Positions 7,933 to 15,119 of a DNA stretch of 15,119 nt are shown here, piece after piece. The stretch covers positions 1 to 15,119 of the forward strand of contig NJBF01000059.1 of assembly GCA_003144275.1 (NCBI GenBank). Direction: 5' to 3'. Positions within the stretch are counted from its first letter, which is position 1, and each line of letters starts with the position of its first letter. A program made the translations under genes and the position numbers. Below the pieces are notes generated by a model. It saw nothing but the letters and a program-made list of their open reading frames with translations, did no database searches and was not told the DNA's origin. Source of the DNA: Candidatus Heimdallarchaeota archaeon B3_Heim. Lineage in GTDB: Archaea > Asgardarchaeota > Heimdallarchaeia > Hodarchaeales > Hodarchaeaceae.

Positions 7933-8076
7933 TTATGGTGCCCTCTCACATTTTCCGTGAAGAATGACCCACCATAATTTTACTTTTGGCAAAAAGAGAT
8001 AAAGAGAGAAGTAAATACATTTCTGTCTTTTTACAAGTGGTTCATTGGGGTAATTTTTTTGAATAAGGAAAAGGAA

Positions 8077-8667
8077 ATGACCTATACTGCTCCTAGCTGG
8101 AATCATATACAAAATTTAAGCTTCGAGCTATATATGATGATCAAAAAGAGTAGCTTCAAGCCAGATATAATGGCTGGAGTGTCACGAGGAGGATTAGTAC
8201 CTGCTAGAATTCTCTCAGATTTATATCTGTCAGATGAAAAGAAAGTAACGCTAGCAATAATGCAAATAGGATTTTATTCGGGAATTGATAAAACAAAAAA
8301 AGAACCTATAATTTATCAGGATCTTCCCGGGCATATCTATGGGAAACGGATCCTTTTAATTGATGATGTAGCAGATAGTGGCGTATCATTACAATTTGCA
8401 CTTCAATATTTACAAATGAAGAAACCATTAGAGATTGTTGTTGGAACTCTTTACCATAAGCCATGGAGCCTTCTTAAACCTCAGTTTTATGTTGAGGAAA
8501 CGTCGGCATGGATAGTTTTTCCTCATGAACGTTTTGAATTCATGAATGATGTACTCAAAGATCAGAATATGAATGCTCATGCGTGTAAGGAGTTTTTTGT
8601 CAATAAAGTTGGTATAAATGAACAGGCTGTTAGGAATTTCTTAAAACTTAAGGAGATTAAAGAATGA
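8077..8667 (+). CDS. Type I phosphoribosyltransferase (hypoxanthine/guanine/xanthine PRT-like)
   Basis: SRGGLVPARILSD and PRPP loop LLIDDVADSG; its stop overlaps the purA start (ATGA, 8664-8667). ATG at 8077 preferred over TTG at 8059. Confidence 0.85.
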   Translation: MTYTAPSWNHIQNLSFELYMMIKKSSFKPDIMAGVSRGGLVPARILSDLYLSDEKKVTLAIMQIGFYSGIDKTKKEPIIYQDLPGHIYGKRILLIDDVADSGVSLQFALQYLQMKKPLEIVVGTLYHKPWSLLKPQFYVEETSAWIVFPHERFEFMNDVLKDQNMNAHACKEFFVNKVGINEQAVRNFLKLKEIKE

Positions 8668-9671
8668 GTGTTGATGTGGTTGTAGGTGGCTTCTGGGGAG
8701 ATGAAGGAAAAGGAAAAATTATCAGTCACCTCGTGAACAAGCGAAAAGCAACTATTGTGGCTAGAGGGGGAGTAGGCCCCAATGCAGGTCACACAATTGT
8801 TGTTGATGGAGTTGAATACAAATTACGAATGATTCCATCAGGAATCGGGGGAAAATTCGTGAGGAAATTATTAATCGGGCCAGGTGTACTGGTTAACCCA
8901 GAGGTATTTCTTGAAGAAATTGAGAAAACAAATATGCGTGGGAAAGCCTTTCTTGATCATCAGTGTGGAGTTATTAATGCCTCTCACAGAGAAATTGACA
9001 GATGTGATCCCCATCTCTCAAAGAAGGTTGGAACCACAGGTTCTGGATCTGGACCTGCAAATGAAGAAAGAGTTCGAAGAAAATTAAAATTAGCCAAGGA
9101 AATCGCGGAGCTCAAACCATTTTTAACTGATGTGCCTGGAGAAATACACGGAGGAATAGCTAATGGAGAACCTATTCTACTGGAAGGCACACAGGCTACC
9201 TACTTATCGCTATTTCATGGAACTTATCCATATGTCACTACAAAGGATGTAACCGCTTCATCCATCTGTGCAGATGTTGGTATAGGTCCAACTGTGGTAA
9301 CAGATGTAACGCTTGTATTCAAAGCGTACGTTACAAGGGTTGGTGAAGGTTTTTTACCAGAAGAGCTCACTGAAGAAGAAACTATAAAACGAGGATGGAC
9401 TGAGTATGGTACTGTGACCAAACGTCTTCGTAGAGCTGCTCCTTTCAATGTGGAGCTAGCAAAAAGAAGTATTCAGTTGAATTCCGCAACAAAAATAGCC
9501 TTAACAAAAATAGATATTTTATTTCCAGCGGATCAAGGTAACACTGAATTTGATAAACTATCTGAAGGTGCAAAAGAATGGCTGACTAGTAAAGAAAAGG
9601 AAATAGGAATGCCCTTTACCTTTATTGGCACAGGCCCCGCAGATGTAGAAATTATTGATAGAGAGGGATAA
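8664..9671 (+). CDS. purA: Adenylosuccinate synthetase, short archaeal type
   Basis: GGFWGDEGKGK, GPNAGHT, GTTGSG, EGTQ, TYPYVT and EYGTVT..RR motifs; 335 aa. Confidence 0.96.
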   Translation: MSVDVVVGGFWGDEGKGKIISHLVNKRKATIVARGGVGPNAGHTIVVDGVEYKLRMIPSGIGGKFVRKLLIGPGVLVNPEVFLEEIEKTNMRGKAFLDHQCGVINASHREIDRCDPHLSKKVGTTGSGSGPANEERVRRKLKLAKEIAELKPFLTDVPGEIHGGIANGEPILLEGTQATYLSLFHGTYPYVTTKDVTASSICADVGIGPTVVTDVTLVFKAYVTRVGEGFLPEELTEEETIKRGWTEYGTVTKRLRRAAPFNVELAKRSIQLNSATKIALTKIDILFPADQGNTEFDKLSEGAKEWLTSKEKEIGMPFTFIGTGPADVEIIDREG

Positions 9672-9672
9672 G

Positions 9673-10905
9673 ATGATACATCCTCTTGAAAATCGTTATA
9701 GAACGGAAATTGCTGATATATTTGAAGAATCATCTAGAATTAATAGAATGCTACAAGTAGAACTTGCCTTAGCACAGGCCCATGTAGAACAAGGTACGTT
9801 GACGAAAAATGAATATGATCTTTTATTTAAATCCAAGAGTAAGGTTACAGTTGAGCTCGTAAAGGAAATCGAAAAAGAAACACATCATGATACTATGGCT
9901 CTAGTAGAAGCATTTACACGGGTTTCAGGTTGTGATAAAGTACATCTTGGAGCTACAAGCTCAGATATCGTTGATTCCGCATTGGCATTACAGCTAAGGG
10001 AAGCTAATCAAGTGGTTCTTGCTGACCTGTTGATTTTAAAGAATTTATTATTGAGTAAAGCAGAGGAAACGAAAAATCTTGTGTGTATCGGAAGAACCCA
10101 TGGTCAGCATGCCATCCCCATGACTTATGGAATGAAGTTCGCATTATGGGCTTATGAAATTACAGATTGCTTGGAAGAACTAAGAAGAGCGAAATTTTAT
10201 GGAAAAATGAGTGGAGCAGTGGGCACTTTTGCAAGTTTCGGAGAAAAAGGTGTCCAAATTCAGACCAAAGTTTTACATGATTTAGGCCTATCGGTCCCTC
10301 TAATTACCAATCAAGTGGTTAGTCGAGTTTTTGTTGCTAAGTACATTTTCAACCTAATAACAATCGTATCGATAATCGAGAAGATGGCAAAAGAAATCAG
10401 AAATTTACAGAGGTCTGAAATCCAAGAACTGGCGGAACCCTTCGCTGAAAAACAAACAGGTTCCTCCACAATGCCTCACAAAAGAAATCCTATTTTGAGT
10501 GAAAATTTATGTTCATTGGCCAAACGGGTGCGTACAAACATCCTCCCTGCTTTAGAAAATATTTCTTTAGAACACGAGCGAGACCTCACAAATAGTGCTA
10601 ACGAGCGAATAATAATTCCTGAAACAGTGATACTGACCCATTTTATGATAAAAAGAATAACCAGAATAATTGTAGGATTAGATCTTTTTCCTGAAAATAT
10701 CAGAAAAAATGTTCATATCGACCCTGCCATATTTATGGAAAAGAAAATGGTCGAGCTCGTTACTGAGCAGGGATTAGGACGTCAGGAAGCTTATTCACGG
10801 GCAAAAAATTTCATATCAAAAGAAAAAATCGATCCAGAGATGTATCTCGGATTGTCTGAGCAAATAGTTCTCAAAACGATTGAACTCCTTCGTTCATCAG
10901 AGTGA
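9673..10905 (+). CDS. purB: Adenylosuccinate lyase
   Basis: THHD, HLGATSSD, GRTHGQHA and SSTMPHKRNP (fumarate-lyase signature) motifs. ATG at 9673 lies 1 nt after the purA stop; the track uses TTG at 9655. Confidence 0.95.
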   Translation: MIHPLENRYRTEIADIFEESSRINRMLQVELALAQAHVEQGTLTKNEYDLLFKSKSKVTVELVKEIEKETHHDTMALVEAFTRVSGCDKVHLGATSSDIVDSALALQLREANQVVLADLLILKNLLLSKAEETKNLVCIGRTHGQHAIPMTYGMKFALWAYEITDCLEELRRAKFYGKMSGAVGTFASFGEKGVQIQTKVLHDLGLSVPLITNQVVSRVFVAKYIFNLITIVSIIEKMAKEIRNLQRSEIQELAEPFAEKQTGSSTMPHKRNPILSENLCSLAKRVRTNILPALENISLEHERDLTNSANERIIIPETVILTHFMIKRITRIIVGLDLFPENIRKNVHIDPAIFMEKKMVELVTEQGLGRQEAYSRAKNFISKEKIDPEMYLGLSEQIVLKTIELLRSSE

Positions 10906-10907
10906 AA

Positions 10908-11651
10908 TTACAATAATCGCTTTATGGCTTCTATCGTTACATCAATTGCTTCTTTTTGTCCTTTCATGTGGTCTATGATTAATTCCCCAGATTCAGTATC
11001 ACCAATAGCGGCCATAATACCTCCAGCACGCCAACCCCGGATATAACTAATCACGAAAAGAGTTGAACATTCCATTTCCGTGATCAGTGTTCGTGCATTG
11101 ATCCAGACTTTCCATTTATTTTTTGCCCTCACGGCATCAGGTATTAATTCGGGTGTTTCAGAATAAAAGGCATCCTTGGAGTGGACAATTCCCTCATGAA
11201 ATCGATCTTGCAAATTCAAATGAGTTACTGCTTCCCGAAGAGCAAATATCACATCGGGATGGGCGACAGCGGGGAATGCAGGTAAGATGTATTCATGGGT
11301 TGTCCCTTCATCGCGTATAGCTCCCGTTGCTGAAACAAGATCTCCTAACTTGACATCTCTAGATAGTATTCCGGAAGTGCCAACGCGAATAATTGTATTA
11401 ACGCCCAGTTTTCCAAACTCTTCTATTCCAATTGCAGTAGAAGGTGCTCCTATTCCACATGATGATACCAGAATTGGAGTATCATTTAAATATCCTAAAT
11501 GCACACGGTACTCACGATTAAAAGATATCTCGTGTGGATCTTTGAGTTGTGCACTAATTCGTGGAACTCTTCCTGGATCGCCACAAATGATAAGATATCG
11601 ACTATTCTCTATTTCTTTGGCTGAGACATTAATATGATACTGTTTGTCCAT
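10908..11651 (-). CDS. Nucleoside phosphorylase, hexameric PNP/UDP family (uridine-phosphorylase-like; specificity uncertain)
   Basis: N-terminal YH, GDPGR, REY, GIGAPS, RVGTSG and EME motifs. ATG at 11651 has GGTGA 8 nt upstream; the track uses GTG at 11663. Confidence 0.88.
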   Translation of the reverse strand: MDKQYHINVSAKEIENSRYLIICGDPGRVPRISAQLKDPHEISFNREYRVHLGYLNDTPILVSSCGIGAPSTAIGIEEFGKLGVNTIIRVGTSGILSRDVKLGDLVSATGAIRDEGTTHEYILPAFPAVAHPDVIFALREAVTHLNLQDRFHEGIVHSKDAFYSETPELIPDAVRAKNKWKVWINARTLITEMECSTLFVISYIRGWRAGGIMAAIGDTESGELIIDHMKGQKEAIDVTIEAIKRLL

Positions 11652-11703
11652 TTTGAAACTCACCTTCGAGGGAAAAACTAGTTGTATGGTGGCTTCATAA
11701 TTC

Positions 11704-12162
11704 TTATGACTGAAGAGATGATAAAATCTCGTAATAATGTTGGGCTGTTATTCGGAGTTGCTTGAGTTGTTCGTTAGAAAGTCGCTGCGTGGTCAGATGA
11801 GAGGATAAAATTCCCTCGAAAGTGTAAGCGATATTTTCTTCTTCTAAGAGTAAAAATTGTGTCAATACTTCTGCCCTCTGATGGTAAACAACGAGATAAG
11901 CGGTACCAATCCCTTGTATGAGAAAAAATTTGGTAAGAGCAAATATTTCCACTTCATGGTTTGTGTGTTGACTCTCCCAGATAAGAGGAAGAAAGTTCCA
12001 GCCTATATCCTCCAAATTGTTTTTCGCAGCAAGTATTTTTATCAAGAGATCCCATGAAGATATCTCTGTATGCCAGGTGGAACCGCTCCAAAGAACTTCT
12101 GGCCTTTTATTGTATTCTATAACAGCAAATGTTAATCCAAGGCCAATTGGAGGTTGATTCAT
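11704..12162 (-). CDS. Hypothetical protein, 152 aa (possible longin/uDENN-like fold)
   Basis: ATG-initiated ORF filling the gap between the phosphorylase and the divergent gene, with no competing long ORF. No motif recognised with certainty. Confidence 0.7.
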   Translation of the reverse strand: MNQPPIGLGLTFAVIEYNKRPEVLWSGSTWHTEISSWDLLIKILAAKNNLEDIGWNFLPLIWESQHTNHEVEIFALTKFFLIQGIGTAYLVVYHQRAEVLTQFLLLEEENIAYTFEGILSSHLTTQRLSNEQLKQLRITAQHYYEILSSLQS

Positions 12163-12319
12163 TAAAAGTAATTCCTACATCTAGTTTTAGGTTCCAAGAA
12201 GCTACTACAGCTGCGTACGGACTGTCACTGAGTAGATCATTCTTATTCAAAGGTCTATTGTTAAAAAACTCTTTTATATTAGAAAAAAGGTAAAATAATC
12301 ACAATTGGTGAAATAAGCA

Positions 12320-12943
12320 ATGAGTATATGGAATCGTAAAAAATTTGGAATTTCTCAACGACATAGACGACAATTATCCCTTCAAGAAGCCTATCATATT
12401 CGAGATCCAGACAGCAATCAAAATATGCTCTGGGTCAAAAGGAAAAGATTTGGTCGGAAGACAAACATTAGGTTATGGGAATCCGAGGACACAACAGAGG
12501 GTAAGGAAGCTCTAACAATACAAGATGATGCAATGTTTGATGCTTTTGGGAAGTTCTCAATTATTGATCCTAATTCTGGCGCTGTCTTAGCTGTCCTAAA
12601 ACGCCATTTCTTCCGCAGTCTTCTTAGAGAAAAGTGGACTATTCGTGATCCAAAAACTTCTGAGGAACTCGTTACCGTCCAAGCACGTTCACTACCAATT
12701 TCATTGGTAAGGAATCTTCGGTGGTTACCAATACTAAATGCCTTCGATTTTTTCATTCAATTTATTCGACTGCAATGGGATTTTCTTGATTGTCAAACAG
12801 GAAAGAAGATTGGATACTTTGATCGGAAATTTACTATCGGAGATAATTATATTCTCGATTTCCAAGCAGATACAGAGAATAAAATTGATTCTAGAGTAGC
12901 TGTAGGACTAGGTGTAGTACTAGATACTGCTGAAAGCCGCTAA
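12320..12943 (+). CDS. LURP-one-related / scramblase (Tubby C-terminal-like) family protein
   Basis: Repeated Y/F/W-x-I-x-D...G...L/I-x-x-(V/L/F)-x-R-K/H hairpin units and a terminal hydrophobic helix (DSRVAVGLGVVLD). GGTGA 8 nt upstream; TTTATA at 12273-12278. Confidence 0.72.
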   Translation: MSIWNRKKFGISQRHRRQLSLQEAYHIRDPDSNQNMLWVKRKRFGRKTNIRLWESEDTTEGKEALTIQDDAMFDAFGKFSIIDPNSGAVLAVLKRHFFRSLLREKWTIRDPKTSEELVTVQARSLPISLVRNLRWLPILNAFDFFIQFIRLQWDFLDCQTGKKIGYFDRKFTIGDNYILDFQADTENKIDSRVAVGLGVVLDTAESR

Positions 12944-13020
12944 AATTCTTCATATCTTTTTTCCTTTTTTTCTTTCTCCTCTAATCTTTTTCTCTCTTAC
13001 CCTCATTTTTCTCTTCTTAA
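12944..13020 (+). terminator. Long T/C-rich tract after the LURP-like gene (archaeal-type U-rich terminator candidate)
   Basis: About 75 nt that are almost all pyrimidine, with several T4-T7 runs directly after the TAA. Confidence 0.45.
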
Positions 13021-13132
13021 ATAGCTTGAACAGAGCTGAACGGGAGGTTCTCGTTTTTTCATCAAAAGTCTTATAATGGAATTTCAACTGGATGGACAAA
13101 CCCAATTATTACATCTCTAGAGGTTCAATGAA

Positions 13133-15119
13133 ATGGAAGCGCTCACTGATACTGAAAAAAGTCCTGTACTTAAACTTGGTTTATCGATTTTACCTGTTTT
13201 GCTAATTATAATCGTGTTTTCAACTCCATTGGGACTGATACCACCACTGGGAGGATTAATTAATCCGAATGGCGGAATATGGGACGTCTCCACCTACGCC
13301 GAACATGGAAGTAAGACGTTGACAATTCCGAATGTCGAAGAGGAAGTAGTTTGCTATTATGATGAGTGGGGAATCCCCCATATCTTTGCTGAGAAAGATT
13401 CTGATATGTTTTTTGCCATTGGTTATGTGCACGCACGGGATCGTCTGTTCCAACTTGAAATGATTCGACGTCTATATACTGGCCAATTATCGGAAATTCT
13501 AGGTGAATCAGCTTTGTCAGTTGATATACAAATGAGAAATTTGTGTTTGGATAGATCAGCTAATGCGACCTGGAACATCATGCTAGCGGAAGATCCGAAT
13601 AGTGAACTAGTTAATTCATTAAAGAAATATTCTGAGGGAATTAACTATTTCATTGATCACTTGTCTCCTCACAAAATTCCTCTTGAATTTCGATTACTCG
13701 ATATTAAACCAAGCCATTGGTTACCATATTATACGATTGGATACGGGAAGTACATGTCAATGGGCTTAGCTCATGATGGTTTTCAAGAGTTTACTGTGGC
13801 TCTCTTAGGTTCATATTTCTCTGAAGCAGATATGCTTGAACTATTCCCAATTAATAACACAGTAGGCATCATCCCAGTTTTACCGAATTATGGATCGTAT
13901 CCCTCCCCACCTAATCCGCCAGAAAATACCACTGGGCTATTAAAAACTGGAATCGTCGAAAATCAAAATCCTTTACCAGATAATGTGATTACTAGTATGC
14001 TTGAGATTCTGGTAAGAAGGGAAATTTCAGACCAAGTTGTTATCAACGATGGATATATCGTGAAAGATTACCTCAATGTATTTGACACGATAATCGGAAG
14101 TAATAATTGGGTCATAAATGGTAGTATTTCGTCTACTGGCTATCCGATCTTAGCAAATGATATGCATTTACAACTAGTTATGCCAGGCGTTTGGTACGAG
14201 CTCCAGCACGCTTCTAAGGAATCGGGAATCAATGTTTATGGGTTTTCGTTTGCTGGTATGCCAGGTGTAGTTGCGGGTCATAGTGAATATGCGAGTTGGG
14301 GATTTACAAATGTAGGAGCCGATGTTGTTGACTACTTTTATTATAATACCTCCGCAGATGGTAAAAAATATTTAAATGGGAGTACGTGGGATGATTTTGA
14401 GGTGGTCACTGAAACCATTCCAGTAAGAGGGACAACAAATTATGAATTGACAATTCGCTTTACTGGACATGGACCAGTTCTTTCTCCCGACATCGACTCT
14501 CATGTTGAGGCAGCAAACTTCGCTCCCATTGCAATGCGTTGGACAGGTCATGATGATTTAATGTTTGGAACACCTGATTATCTTGTGAAAGCTGTTTTTG
14601 GTTTATGGACTGCTCAAACACTAGCGGATTTTGCCGAGGTTCAAAAGGATTGGAGTATTCCAGGACAGAATTTTGTAGTTGCAACAACAGATAATCACAT
14701 TGCAATCCGGCCCGTAGCCAATTACCCAATTCGTCCTAAAGGAAATTGGGGCAGACAACCAGTAAATGGTTCAAACCCGGCTAATGATTGGCTAGGTTAT
14801 ATTCCTTATGATGAACTTGCAGTTGCTGAAGACCCTGCACAACAGTTTCTGACGTCAACCAATCAAAAAACCACAGGTCCAGATTATTCCTACTATATGG
14901 GAAGTTTTTTTGCCCCTGGGTATCGTAGTCGGAGAATTACAAACTTGATTCAGGAGAAAATTGATACAAATGAGAAAATCTCTGTTGAGGATATGCAAAG
15001 ATTTCAATCCGATATCGTAGATACAAGTGTGGAGGCATTTCAACCAGTTTGGAGTACGATAGACACACACGGGAATACAACCTTACAAGCAGCTTTGGAC
15101 TATATGCATAATTGGGGTG
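13133..15119 (+). CDS. Penicillin acylase family Ntn-hydrolase (peptidase S45), N-terminally membrane-anchored; partial, runs off the right edge
   Basis: My translation is open from ATG 13133 to the window end (662 codons). It shows a hydrophobic segment (LGLSILPVLLIIIVFS), DEWGIPHIFA, GYVHARDRLFQ, catalytic GSNNW (Ser codon 14099-14101), LANDMHL, PGQNFV and YRSRRI. GAGGT RBS and CTTATAAT at 13070-13077 lie upstream. Confidence 0.92.
   Translation, partial: MEALTDTEKSPVLKLGLSILPVLLIIIVFSTPLGLIPPLGGLINPNGGIWDVSTYAEHGSKTLTIPNVEEEVVCYYDEWGIPHIFAEKDSDMFFAIGYVHARDRLFQLEMIRRLYTGQLSEILGESALSVDIQMRNLCLDRSANATWNIMLAEDPNSELVNSLKKYSEGINYFIDHLSPHKIPLEFRLLDIKPSHWLPYYTIGYGKYMSMGLAHDGFQEFTVALLGSYFSEADMLELFPINNTVGIIPVLPNYGSYPSPPNPPENTTGLLKTGIVENQNPLPDNVITSMLEILVRREISDQVVINDGYIVKDYLNVFDTIIGSNNWVINGSISSTGYPILANDMHLQLVMPGVWYELQHASKESGINVYGFSFAGMPGVVAGHSEYASWGFTNVGADVVDYFYYNTSADGKKYLNGSTWDDFEVVTETIPVRGTTNYELTIRFTGHGPVLSPDIDSHVEAANFAPIAMRWTGHDDLMFGTPDYLVKAVFGLWTAQTLADFAEVQKDWSIPGQNFVVATTDNHIAIRPVANYPIRPKGNWGRQPVNGSNPANDWLGYIPYDELAVAEDPAQQFLTSTNQKTTGPDYSYYMGSFFAPGYRSRRITNLIQEKIDTNEKISVEDMQRFQSDIVDTSVEAFQPVWSTIDTHGNTTLQAALDYMHNWG

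Noticed and set aside
8577-9733. ORFs 8577..8792, 8884..9087, 8984..9190, 9224..9448 and 9533..9733
   Set aside because: They overlap the well-supported PRT, purA and purB genes in other frames or strands.
11123-12756. ORFs 11123..11320, 11287..11637, 11857..12057 and 12418..12756
   Set aside because: Antisense shadows of the phosphorylase, hypothetical and LURP-like genes.
13039-13059. AACGGGA-GGT-TCTCGTT-TTTT as a bacterial-type intrinsic terminator
   Set aside because: Weak stem with a G-U pair and a 3-nt loop; the upstream pyrimidine tract already explains termination. Not supportable as a separate feature.
13256-15070. ORFs 13256..13453, 14460..14729 and 14855..15070
   Set aside because: All are antisense to the long acylase ORF that occupies 13133-15119.

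Overview
AT-rich, probably archaeal window. The short archaeal-type PurA, GGTGA/GGAGG ribosome-binding sites and TATA-like boxes support this; an Asgard/Heimdallarchaeia-like origin is my inference only. Left to right: a secreted DUF3179-family gene (minus strand, runs off the left edge) is split by a 466-bp insertion (428-893). It is followed by a GH4 glycosidase, a long-chain acyl-CoA ligase and a CsgA-like SDR (all minus), then a 4xPAS sensor with a degenerate histidine-kinase core, and a phosphoribosyltransferase-purA-purB operon (all plus). Next come a convergent PNP/UDP-family nucleoside phosphorylase and a 152-aa hypothetical (both minus), a LURP-one/scramblase-like protein, and a membrane-anchored penicillin-acylase-family Ntn hydrolase that runs off the right edge and is missing from the ORF track. 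The most notable element is the insertion. Removing it restores the DUF3179 frame exactly (...GGAT|LGTSGKLYENN...). It is bounded by GG dinucleotides, has helically phased GACA repeats at its left end, and carries a structured TnpB-3'-end/omegaRNA-like module at its right end. It encodes neither transposase nor nuclease, so it reads as a non-autonomous IS607-type mini-element that kept its guide-RNA scaffold.
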